A stretch of DNA of 64,000 bases from Alphaproteobacteria bacterium (GTDB lineage: Bacteria; Pseudomonadota; Alphaproteobacteria; SP197). This document shows, one piece after another, positions 29,609 through 38,234 of this stretch (position 1 is the stretch's first letter; each line of letters begins with the position of its first letter). The stretch is taken from the NCBI GenBank assembly GCA_964291415.2, contig OZ219917.1, forward strand, positions 512,001 to 576,000, written 5' to 3'. A program made the position numbers and the translations under genes. The notes beneath the pieces are model-generated. The model was not told where the DNA came from. It worked only from the letters and a program-made list of their open reading frames with translations, and made no database searches.

Positions 29609-29635
29609 CGCTGTCAACTTCTCGATATAAGTCCC
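29520..29635 (+). ncRNA. Putative omegaRNA/reRNA scaffold overlapping the tnpB 3' end
   Basis: Serial hairpins GCCTCGG-GGA-CTGAGGC, CGCGG..CCGG-GTTG-CCGG..CCGCG and TGGCAGC-ATGAC-GCTGTCA; position typical of TnpB guide scaffolds; boundaries inferred. Confidence 0.55.
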
Positions 29636-29729
29636 CTTCCTTTCCTGTACCCGTGCGGGATGAACCACACGGACACATCGGATCCGACATGGCATTGGAA
29701 CTGACACGTCCTGTGCCGGAGCGCACACG

Positions 29730-30122
29730 GTGACGGCCAGACGCCCGGCCCGCGAGCTGGCTGCCGAGCTCTGGCGCCTGTTCGATGCCGGGCGATTTCG
29801 CGACGCCCTGCCGTTGCTCGCGGAGGACTTCGAAGCGCACTGGCCCAATACCCGGGAGCGCATCCGCGGCCGGGAGAACTTCATCGCCCTGAACGAGAAC
29901 TACCCGGGTCACTCGCGCTGCACGGTCCGGCGGATCGAGGAATGCGCGGATGGCGTGGTGACGGTGACCGAAATCAGCACCCAAGTCGGCGATGACCGGT
30001 TCACGTTGTTCGCGGTGTCGTTCTTCCATGTGCGGGATGGTCGAATCGCTGCCGCCGAGGAGTACTTCAGCGAAAACGGGCCGCCGCCGTTCGACCGCTC
30101 CGCCTGGGCGGAACGCTACTGA
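29730..30122 (+). CDS. SnoaL-like / NTF2 family protein
   Basis: LLAEDF..WPNTRERIRGRENF...YPG...AVSFF.V.DGRI...EYF. Confidence 0.85.
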   Translation: MTARRPARELAAELWRLFDAGRFRDALPLLAEDFEAHWPNTRERIRGRENFIALNENYPGHSRCTVRRIEECADGVVTVTEISTQVGDDRFTLFAVSFFHVRDGRIAAAEEYFSENGPPPFDRSAWAERY

Positions 30123-30259
30123 GTCACCGTCGAAAGACCGGGTATCCGTGTCTCGCTTCCGCCATCAGCGGCGGTGCGCGCACGAACCGCGGCACATTCA
30201 GGGTGTGGGTGTCGAGTGCACGTGAGCCGAGCGGTTTTCTGCAATCCGAGAAATCAGCC

Positions 30260-30835
30260 ATGACCACTGCGAGCACCCTCGAGTTTCGGCGCAGATTCGG
30301 CCTGCGCAGAGTTCGTTGTTCAGCATGTTCCAGGTTTCCTCGGCCTCGTGGATGTCCGTTCGGTAGAACTTCGAGGAAAGACCGAATTCGGTGATGGCCA
30401 TACAGGCATTGCCATCGATCACGGTGCCGTTCATGGAATGAAGGGCCGGAACATGTTGTCCCTGCAGTTGATGTCCGACGTGTCCGACTGCTGGATCACA
30501 ACGGCGCCATGCCAGTGCGGAACATCGTCCGCACAAGGATGGGCGAGGTCGCCGGTAACCCCGGTCCGGATCTTCTGAATCTCGCCCTCGGCGGAGACAC
30601 AGATCGACCAGTCGGTCAAGTTCCCTTGCTTCTCGATGAAGGGCAGCGAAGTTCCGGAACATCACAGGCCGACCATGTGAAGTAGAGAACCATGTCGCCT
30701 TGGGCTGCGTGGACCGCTGACATCATTGGCAATGCGACCGGAAGAAGACCGGTGGGTGCAGCCGCGCCCAACAACTCTCGGCGTCCGATCTCGCTGTTGA
30801 TCAGCTTGCGCAAGAAAACCTCGATTCGCGGTTTC
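30260..30835 (-). pseudogene. Degenerate PotD-like polyamine SBP (multiple frameshifts, 3'-truncated)
   Basis: Three frames give GRRELLG..YFTWSACDVPE / QKIRTG..DLAHPC..VIQQSDTS / AITEFGLSS..YRTD..ETWNML..AGRI, collinear with the N-terminal half of the intact SBPs. Confidence 0.7.
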
Positions 30836-30994
30836 CTCCACTATCTGCGTCGTTTGTCACTTCCCGAGTTGATGTGTCGGTTGCGGGGAGAAAACACGTC
30901 CTTCAATCCATCGGCCCCCAACCTGAACATCGCGCGGCACCGTGCCGATTGCGACCGAGATGCCGACTCAACTGCCCTCATGACGAGTCGAACA

Positions 30995-31504
30995 TCACAG
31001 GTAGCCTTCAGGGGGCGCCTCGCCCTTGAGCGTGTAGATGGGGATCTCCTTGGACGACAACTTGACTCGTTTCAGGGTGATGTAACCGGCATAACGCAGG
31101 ATGCCGGGGTCCGCCACGAGCAGGCGATCCATGCTCTCTCGGAAAGCGTTGGTATCGCGGCACAGAAACTTGACAATGTAGTCGAACCCTCCGTTGACCC
31201 GATGGCAATCGAGAACCTCCGGCATCTGCAGGACAAACTTCTCGAAGCGCTCGAAATCTTCCGGACGCTGGTCCTTGAGCGTGATTTCGACATAGACCGT
31301 GATATTGGCTCCGAGTTTGTCGACATCGATGTAGGCACCGTAGCCCATGATAACCCGTTGTGTCTCAAGACGCTTTACTCTCTCGAGACAGGCACTCGGC
31401 GACAGCCCGACGGTCCTTGCCAGCTGCACGTTGGTCATACGGCCGTCCTTCTGCAATGTGCCGAGAATGCGCACATCCAGAGGATCGAGCTTGTCTCCTT
31501 TCAT
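30995..31504 (-). CDS. Lrp/AsnC family transcriptional regulator
   Basis: LDPLDVRILGTLQKDGRMTNVQLA..VGLSPSACLERVKRLE; CHRVNGGFDYIVK. Confidence 0.93.
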   Translation of the reverse strand: MKGDKLDPLDVRILGTLQKDGRMTNVQLARTVGLSPSACLERVKRLETQRVIMGYGAYIDVDKLGANITVYVEITLKDQRPEDFERFEKFVLQMPEVLDCHRVNGGFDYIVKFLCRDTNAFRESMDRLLVADPGILRYAGYITLKRVKLSSKEIPIYTLKGEAPPEGYL

Positions 31505-31701
31505 GTCGCGAGCCTCCCCGTTTCCCGAAACTGACCCAGAGACCATCGATATCCGGCACCATGCCCGAAGAACCGATGAAGACCACTGGCACCCGGAAAC
31601 CAGAAACACTCCCCACAGACACACATACCCGGCCTCGGCGATCTTATGAACTCATTGGCAGTCCCCGTGTCGGATTGCAGGGCTTGACCAACATGTTGGC
31701 G

Positions 31702-31730
31702 AAGTTCTCCGAATTACATTCGACGAACTT
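31702..31730. promoter_or_regulatory. Imperfect palindrome, candidate operator
   Basis: AAGTTC-TC-CGAAT-TAC-ATTCG-AC-GAACTT in the divergent spacer between lrp and the cupin operon. Confidence 0.45.
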
Positions 31731-32028
31731 ACGAAAATCAGGGTACATGTCCGGCAATGGAATGCAAAATACACAGGTTGTTCGCCTATTGTCATGGTAT
31801 AAGGATCTGAGTGTCCAGGGTCCGTATCTGCCCGATTCCAAGCGGTCTTTCGAAGGGAGGCGAAGGATTCGATGGGACGCCAAAGCAAACACATCGCACC
31901 GACTCGCCCGGACAATCCGCTGTACTTCGTCTGCATGTGCCGGACCGTGCTGCTGCTTGCCAAGGCCGTAGACGCCATTGATCCGGCCGCATGACCGGCA
32001 GGAAACACAACTCAGGGATGAAGACATC

Positions 32029-32400
32029 ATGATCACGAAGCATCGATTTGACGAGAGCAAGCTCAAGCGTGTGAAGGTAAGGGGCGGCGAGTATGTCGAC
32101 TGGTTGCAGATGGCAATTCACGAGCCCAGTTGCTCGGCTGCCTTTCAGGAATTCCGCCCGGACGAGAAGCTGGGATACTGGGTATTCTGGTACGATCAGG
32201 TGCACTTCGCCCTGAAGGGCAGGGCAAGATGCATCTTCCGCGTTCCGCCGACCTACGATGACGAGCATGTCCTGGAGGTTTCCGAAGGCGACCTCTACCT
32301 CCTTCCCATCGGCTACCAGGTGCGCTGGGAAGTGATTGGAGACGAGCCTTATCGTACTGTTTTCGTCAACATGCCGAACCCGAAGTACTTCGAGTTCTAG
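32029..32400 (+). CDS. EutQ-like cupin protein
   Basis: WVFWYDQVHFALKG..VSEGDLYLLPIG, similar to the EutQ W..YDE.DYVLEG..GD..IP.G pattern. Confidence 0.6.
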   Translation: MITKHRFDESKLKRVKVRGGEYVDWLQMAIHEPSCSAAFQEFRPDEKLGYWVFWYDQVHFALKGRARCIFRVPPTYDDEHVLEVSEGDLYLLPIGYQVRWEVIGDEPYRTVFVNMPNPKYFEF

Positions 32401-32412
32401 AAGGAGGAACTA

Positions 32413-33189
32413 ATGGGCAAACTCGACGGCCGGCCCGCGCTTGTTACAGGAGCAAGCAGAGGACTGGGCGCGGGAATCGCGCTTGCATTTGCCGATGAGG
32501 GCGCTGATGTCGCTGTGAACTACATCAGGCGAAAGGACAAGGCGGACGAGATCGTCGACGCGATCCGTGCCCGGGGACGCCGTGCTATCGCCGTGCAGGC
32601 GGACTGCTCCCGGGAAGATGATGTCGAACGCATGGTGGACACGGTTCTGGAGGAGTTCGGCGAGATCCGCATCCTGATGAACAATGCCGGCATCCTCACC
32701 CAGATTCCCTTCGACGAGATGTCTGTCTCGGCGTGGGATGAAATGATGGCATCGCACCTTCGCTCCCACTTCCTGGTTACCAGAGCCTGTGTGCCGTCCA
32801 TGCTCGAACTCAAGCCGCTGAACAACGAGCGACGGGCGGCGAAGATCATCACCATGAGTTCCGGCATCGGCCAGAAGGGCGGTGCCGGTGGTGCCACCAT
32901 TGTTCATTACGTGACAGCTAAGGCTGGAATCATTGGCTTCACTAAGGCGCTCGCCGGCGAACTGGCGCCCCTCATCACGGTGAACGCAATATCCCCGGGA
33001 ACACATCCAACGGACATCCTCGGCGACCTCAGCGAGGAATGGAAACAGGAAAAGGAAAAGCAGTTCCTTCTCGGCTTCGGGACCGTCGAGGACGTGGCGC
33101 TTACCGCTGCGTTCATTGCTTCGCCCGATGCCGATTACTACACCGGACAGGTACTCATGCCGAATGGTGGTGACGTACTCAACGGCTGA
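32413..33189 (+). CDS. SDR oxidoreductase (FabG-like)
   Basis: TGASRGLG, NNAG, HYVTAKAG (YxxxK), VNAISPG and TGQVLMPNGG. Confidence 0.92.
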   Translation: MGKLDGRPALVTGASRGLGAGIALAFADEGADVAVNYIRRKDKADEIVDAIRARGRRAIAVQADCSREDDVERMVDTVLEEFGEIRILMNNAGILTQIPFDEMSVSAWDEMMASHLRSHFLVTRACVPSMLELKPLNNERRAAKIITMSSGIGQKGGAGGATIVHYVTAKAGIIGFTKALAGELAPLITVNAISPGTHPTDILGDLSEEWKQEKEKQFLLGFGTVEDVALTAAFIASPDADYYTGQVLMPNGGDVLNG

Positions 33190-33244
33190 GTTCGATCTCG
33201 GGCGTCAAGTGAAGCAAAGACTACAACAAGAGGAGGAGGATCCC

Positions 33245-34828
33245 ATGAACACGTTGCGCAAGTACCTGATTGGCTTCGCCGTCCTTGCGGCGAGCGTTCT
33301 GTCGATCTCTCTGGCTTCAGCCCAGACAACACTTGTGGTTGCGGCCCAGAAGACTCCCAATGGTATCGATCATGACTATCATTTCTCGGCGGAAGACCAT
33401 CAGATCCGGGCAGCACTCTATGACAAGCTGCTGGCACTGGGTCGTGTCGCTGGTCCCGGCGGATTGACTCTTCCGTCATACGATCATGCCGACCTGGAAG
33501 GCCGCCTGGCAGAATCATGGTCGCTGTCGGATGACGGCAAGACCCTCACGATCAAGCTGCGCGAGGGTGTCATGAGTCATGCGGGCAACGAACTCACGGC
33601 CGACGACCTGCAGTGGACATGGGACCGTTCATGGGCGCTTGAAGCCGTGGGCGCGTTCTATGCCAAGTTCATACTGAATATTGAAGAACCGACATGGCGA
33701 GTGATCGACCGGTATACATGGGAACTTTCGACCCATGACGTCAACGCAATGACCGTGTTGTTGATGATCAACAACGATCTGGATGTACTTGATGCCGCGG
33801 AAGTCATGAAACATGCTACGGACGACGACCCCTGGGCCACCGGATGGCTGGCCTCGAACGCTGCGGGACACGGGGCGTACAGTCTCGCCGAATGGACGCC
33901 CGGAGAGCGCGTGGTGCTCAACGCCTTCGAGGGCTATCATCGTGGCAAACCGGAAATTGACACCGTAGTTTACCGAGAGGTGCCCGAAGCGGCCAACCGC
34001 CTTGCACTCGTGACCGAGGGCAGTGCGCATGTCGCTGAGTCACTTCCACCCCGATTCCTGGACCGCGCGTCTGAAACGGATGGTCTGGTGATCTGGCAGA
34101 CAATCGGCAACCGCCTGATGCGTCTGGACGTCAACAACGAAATGGCGCCGACCAACGACCCGCGCGTGCGCAAGGCGCTCAACTATGCGACACCGTCCAG
34201 TCAGATTCTCGAGGCGGTCTTCTTTGGTCTGGCGGAGCCCAGCCGTGGTCCGATGCCGTCGCAGTATCCGGGAGCAACGGACGAGTTCTGGGCCTATGAC
34301 TACGACCCCGACATGGCGAGATCGCTTCTTGAGGAGGCAGGAGCGGTTGGTGCCGAGCTGACGATCAATTTCGATTCGGGTTCTCCCGTTCAGAGAAACA
34401 CGGCTGTCATCCTCAAGTCCGCTTACGAGGATGTTGGCCTGAAGGTCAACTTGATGGAAATGTCCTCGGCGGCCTACACCTCGCAACTCTACGGTGGCGA
34501 GTTCCCGGCGTTCTTCATGATCGAGTTTCCGATCCTTCCGGATCCGGGATACGCCCTGGCACTTAACTATCCGTGTGGCTCGTTCCTCAATGCTGCAAAT
34601 TACTGTAATACCAGGGTAGACGAACTGCTGGAGCAGGCCGCGGCCACACTTGACCACGCAGAGCGCATGGAAATGTATCGTGAGATTCAGCGCCTGATGA
34701 CGGTTGAGGACGCCAATTCGGTCTGGCTGGCTGAGCCCGGCTGGCAACTCGTGACCGGCAGCAATGTTTCCGGCGTCGGCTGGGATACACCCAACATCTA
34801 CCAGTTCTTCGATCTCAGTCTTCAGTAG
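33245..34828 (+). CDS. ABC transporter substrate-binding protein, family 5 (Dpp/Opp/Nik)
   Basis: Signal peptide; LAESWSLSDDGKT..KLREGV..GNELTADD; GHGAY; RVRKAL. Confidence 0.9.
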   Translation: MNTLRKYLIGFAVLAASVLSISLASAQTTLVVAAQKTPNGIDHDYHFSAEDHQIRAALYDKLLALGRVAGPGGLTLPSYDHADLEGRLAESWSLSDDGKTLTIKLREGVMSHAGNELTADDLQWTWDRSWALEAVGAFYAKFILNIEEPTWRVIDRYTWELSTHDVNAMTVLLMINNDLDVLDAAEVMKHATDDDPWATGWLASNAAGHGAYSLAEWTPGERVVLNAFEGYHRGKPEIDTVVYREVPEAANRLALVTEGSAHVAESLPPRFLDRASETDGLVIWQTIGNRLMRLDVNNEMAPTNDPRVRKALNYATPSSQILEAVFFGLAEPSRGPMPSQYPGATDEFWAYDYDPDMARSLLEEAGAVGAELTINFDSGSPVQRNTAVILKSAYEDVGLKVNLMEMSSAAYTSQLYGGEFPAFFMIEFPILPDPGYALALNYPCGSFLNAANYCNTRVDELLEQAAATLDHAERMEMYREIQRLMTVEDANSVWLAEPGWQLVTGSNVSGVGWDTPNIYQFFDLSLQ

Positions 34829-34842
34829 GTTCGCACGTGTGT

Positions 34843-34874
34843 GGAATGGCGCCCGCATTTCGGGGCGCCATTCC
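34843..34874 (+). other. Strong intercistronic stem-loop after the SBP gene
   Basis: GGAATGGCGCCC-GCATTTCG-GGGCGCCATTCC, perfect 12-bp stem with no long U tract. Confidence 0.6.
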
Positions 34875-34909
34875 CTCGTTTCGTGAATCCCCTCGCCGGG
34901 AGGCCCCAC

Positions 34910-35335
34910 ATGTCTGTTCGCAATCTGATCGAAGCACACCGATACGATCCCGCACGTATGCAGCGTTTCGGAGCCTGGGCCGGCAAATGCGCTCCTTGGC
35001 TCAGCGGGGACATTGACACACCGGAATGCTACGCGTCCTTCGAGGAGTTTCGGCCCGACGAGCCTGCCGGCGACTGGTTCTATTGGTACGACGAGGTCGA
35101 CTACGCTGTCAGCGGCGCCTGCCAGGCCATTTTCCGTTCGCCGCCGAATTTTGACATCGAGCACCGATTGCATCTCGAAGCTGGCGACCTGTTCTTCATC
35201 CGTGTTGGAACGGTGGCACGATTCGAGGTGATCGGCGATGAGCCGTTCGTGCACATCATCGTCCAGATGCCAAGACCACCCTACACCGCCGAAGAGGGCA
35301 GGCCTTCCTTCACTGCAACCGAATCCCGGAACTAA
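34910..35335 (+). CDS. EutQ-like cupin protein (paralog of 32029-32400)
   Basis: HRYD..FEEFRPDE..WFYWYDEVDYAVSG..IFRSPP..GDLF..EVIGDEP..MPRP. Confidence 0.65.
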   Translation: MSVRNLIEAHRYDPARMQRFGAWAGKCAPWLSGDIDTPECYASFEEFRPDEPAGDWFYWYDEVDYAVSGACQAIFRSPPNFDIEHRLHLEAGDLFFIRVGTVARFEVIGDEPFVHIIVQMPRPPYTAEEGRPSFTATESRN

Positions 35336-36357
35336 TGGGCCCCCGAGTTTCGTGGATGTTTCTTGCGCGTCGGCTAGGCGCGCTGGTTCCCCAACTCCTT
35401 GCCGTGTCCGTTTTCACTTTTGTGCTGGTGCGCCTGTTGCCAGGCAATCCCGCAGACGTGATTCTGGGGCCGGCGCGAACCGAAGCCGGAATCGCCGCCC
35501 TGACCAGCAAGATGGGCCTCGACAAGCCCATGGTCGAGCAATACTTGATCTATCTCGGAAATGTTCTCAGAGGTGACCTCGGTACATCCTGGTTCAGCGG
35601 CGAGCCGGTCTTGGACGAATTGTTGCGCCGCGCACCGGCAACCCTGGAACTGGTCACCTACTCGCTCTTCGTGGCGATCACGGTCGGTGTCTTCATTGGA
35701 ACGTTGACCGCCTTCAGAAAGCGGGGCGTTCTGGCGGGCGTCTTCGACTGGTACATACGAGTCGCTGGTTCCTTCCCAGACTTCTGGATCGGCCTGATCG
35801 CCGTGTATGTGTTCTACTTTGTGCTGGGTCTGGCGCCTGCTCCGATGGGACGTCTCGGCATCGTGGCCCTGACACCACCGGCCATCACGGGATTCTTTAC
35901 GGTCGACAGCCTACTGGCAGGCGAGTTCGCAACCTTCGCCGAAGCGGTCCGCCATCTGGCATTGCCAGTGCTGACGCTGGGACTCATCCTCGCGCCCATG
36001 GTCGGCAAGGTGACCCGTGCAACCGTACTTGATGTGCTGTCCATGGATTTCATCCACTATGCGCGGGCTGCGGGCCTGCGCCGACGAACGGTGGTCTGGT
36101 ACGCCGTGAGCAACGCGCTGCCGCCCGTCATCACCCTAATCGGCATTCTCTTCGCCTACCTGCTTGGAGGCACTGTCCTCATGGAGAAGGTGTTTTCCTG
36201 GGGAGGTGTCGGCCAGTATGCGGTGCAGGCGGTGGTCAACGCTGATTTCCTCGCGGTCCAGGGCTTTGTGCTGGTGGCCGCGACATTCACCATGCTGGTC
36301 TATCTTGCAGTCGATCTGCTTCACATGGCCATCGACCCCCGCGTGAGTCACTACTGA
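35335..36357 (+). CDS. Dpp/Opp ABC permease (B subunit)
   Basis: PGNPA, GLDKP..QY, GDLG.SW, PATLEL, ARAAGL and IDPRV. Confidence 0.92.
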   Translation: MGPRVSWMFLARRLGALVPQLLAVSVFTFVLVRLLPGNPADVILGPARTEAGIAALTSKMGLDKPMVEQYLIYLGNVLRGDLGTSWFSGEPVLDELLRRAPATLELVTYSLFVAITVGVFIGTLTAFRKRGVLAGVFDWYIRVAGSFPDFWIGLIAVYVFYFVLGLAPAPMGRLGIVALTPPAITGFFTVDSLLAGEFATFAEAVRHLALPVLTLGLILAPMVGKVTRATVLDVLSMDFIHYARAAGLRRRTVVWYAVSNALPPVITLIGILFAYLLGGTVLMEKVFSWGGVGQYAVQAVVNADFLAVQGFVLVAATFTMLVYLAVDLLHMAIDPRVSHY

Positions 36358-36360
36358 GCC

Positions 36361-37215
36361 ATGGTCGACATTTCCGTCTCGTCCAGCGCAGGCCGTCTTC
36401 TGGTCCACCGCCGGCTGCCGCGCAGGGGAACACTGGGATTTGTCATGCTGGGATTCCTAGTACTGGCCTCCCTGCTTGGGCCCCTTGCGGTGCCGTTCGA
36501 TCCCGAAAGGGCATCACTTCTCGAAATCATGCAGCCGCCGGATTTTACACACTGGTTCGGCACCAACAGCTACGGAGCCGACATTTTCGCACGAGTCCTC
36601 CATGCAGGTCGTCTGGATCTGCTGATCGCCGTGGTCAGCGTCGGAGGCGGGCTTCTCGTCGCCATGCCGATCGGCGCATTGCTGGGCTATTCGAGAGGCT
36701 GGTGGAACGCCCTTGTCATGAGGGCACTCGATTTCGTCCAGTCCTTCCCTCCGTTCATTCTGGCCATGGCGCTTGCCGCCGTGGCCGGGGCGAGCGTGCT
36801 GAACGTCATTCTGATCATCGGTTTCCTCAATGTGCCAATCTTCGCCCGGTTGATACGGTCCGAAGTACTTTCCTACCGCGAACGAGCATTTGTCGAGGCA
36901 GCGCGCTGCGCGGGCAACAGCGACCTGCGCCTCGTGATTCGCCACATTCTGCCCAACGCCATGTCGGCAGCCGTGGCCCAGGCTTCGGTCAACATCGGCT
37001 GGGCGCTCATCCTGACAGCCGGCCTGAGCTTTGTGGGCGCTGGCGTTGAACCGCCGACACCGGAGTGGGGCGCCATGATCTCGGAAGGCGCGGAGTACAT
37101 CATCACCGGTGAATGGTGGATCGCGACATTCCCGGGTCTTGCTCTTTGCCTGACCGTGCTTTCCTTCGCACTGGTCGGCGAGACTCTCAGTTCTTGGCTG
37201 GACGTGCGCCGTTGA
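36361..37215 (+). CDS. Dpp/Opp ABC permease (C subunit)
   Basis: HWFGTNSYGADIFAR, FVEAAR, HILPN, PPTPEWGAMI and WW..FPG. Confidence 0.92.
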   Translation: MVDISVSSSAGRLLVHRRLPRRGTLGFVMLGFLVLASLLGPLAVPFDPERASLLEIMQPPDFTHWFGTNSYGADIFARVLHAGRLDLLIAVVSVGGGLLVAMPIGALLGYSRGWWNALVMRALDFVQSFPPFILAMALAAVAGASVLNVILIIGFLNVPIFARLIRSEVLSYRERAFVEAARCAGNSDLRLVIRHILPNAMSAAVAQASVNIGWALILTAGLSFVGAGVEPPTPEWGAMISEGAEYIITGEWWIATFPGLALCLTVLSFALVGETLSSWLDVRR

Positions 37216-37238
37216 AGGCTAGAACTTCCCTAAACCCG

Positions 37239-38234
37239 ATGAATGCGCTCTTGGAAATTGAAGATCTGGAAGTCCGGTTTCCCGGCTCCTCTGAAGAGAT
37301 CGTCGTCCTGGATCGCGTGAACATTCGGATCGGCGCAGGAGAAGTATTTGGTGTCATCGGTGAAACCGGCGCCGGCAAGTCGCTCACCGCCTGGGCGGCT
37401 ATGAACCTCCTTCCGGTGCATGGCCGGGTTACCGCCGGCGAAGTCCGCTGGAAGGGGCGCTCCATATCGGCGATGACAGACGAGGAGGTGCGCCGGATAC
37501 GCGGGAATGAAGTTTCCCTCATCACGCAGAATCCTCTGGCAGCACTGAATCCGATGAGCACTGTCGGTCATCAGATTGTTAGGGTTATTCGCGCCCACGA
37601 ACGCGTGGGAGCGCGCGAAGCTCGTCGCATGGCCTTTGAAGCACTGCGCGTGGTGGGAATTCCCGACCCTGAACGTCGCTTCGCCGCCTATCCTCACCAG
37701 CTGAGCGGCGGCATGGCGCAACGTATTCTGATCGCCATGGCAATGATCAACCGTCCGCAACTCCTGATTGCGGATGAACCCACGACAGGACTGGACGTCA
37801 CCCTGCAGGCGGAGATTCTCGATCTCATGACCGGGATGGTCCGGGACCATGGAGCATCCATCTGGCTTATTACCCACGATCTCGGGGTTATCGCCAACTA
37901 CACCGAGCGCGCCGCGGTCATGTTCGCGGGCCAGGTCGTCGAGACCACGTCGACCCGTCAACTGTTCAAATTCCCGCGTCATCCCTATACGCGCGGCTTC
38001 TTGGATGCGGTCGCGCTTGAGCGCGATGACGGCAGCCGGCTGGAAATCGCGGGCCCGCCTCCCAACCTGCGCCACAGACCTCCGGGATGCCAGTTCGCCT
38101 ATCGCTGTCCACTGGTCGAGAATTCCTGCCGTCTCGCGAAGCCACCGCTTCTGGAGGCGCAAGAAGGCCACCTGGTGCGATGTCCGCCGGTCGTGAGACC
38201 GGACGGAACTCATGAGCGGAGAACGACCGCATGA
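37239..38234 (+). CDS. Dpp/Opp ABC ATP-binding protein (D subunit)
   Basis: GETGAGKS, YPHQLSGGMAQR, ADEPTTGLD, HPYT and C-terminal GC.F..RC..C..C. Confidence 0.92.
   Translation: MNALLEIEDLEVRFPGSSEEIVVLDRVNIRIGAGEVFGVIGETGAGKSLTAWAAMNLLPVHGRVTAGEVRWKGRSISAMTDEEVRRIRGNEVSLITQNPLAALNPMSTVGHQIVRVIRAHERVGAREARRMAFEALRVVGIPDPERRFAAYPHQLSGGMAQRILIAMAMINRPQLLIADEPTTGLDVTLQAEILDLMTGMVRDHGASIWLITHDLGVIANYTERAAVMFAGQVVETTSTRQLFKFPRHPYTRGFLDAVALERDDGSRLEIAGPPPNLRHRPPGCQFAYRCPLVENSCRLAKPPLLEAQEGHLVRCPPVVRPDGTHERRTTA

Larger units (their letters stand above)
28307..29635 (+). mobile_element. Non-autonomous TIR-bounded element carrying tnpB, with 8-bp target-site duplication
   Basis: Left end GGGAATTGTATACGAAACTTGACAG (28307-28331) vs reverse complement of right end GGGACTTATATCGAGAAGTTGACAG (29611-29635), 18/25 identical ungapped; CTTCCTTT directly flanks both ends (28299-28306 and 29636-29643). 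Confidence 0.85.

Noticed and set aside
30155-30166. TCCGCCATC resembling the tRNA-Ser 3' end (possible att site)
   Set aside because: Only ~9 nt and inverted relative to the tRNA, so not a direct att repeat.
28000-30200. CRISPR array next to the Cas12-like nuclease
   Set aside because: No regularly spaced direct repeats seen; the protein size and motifs fit TnpB.
31360-32066. Overlapping ORFs in the lrp/cupin spacer
   Set aside because: No motifs or clear RBS; more consistent with a regulatory spacer.
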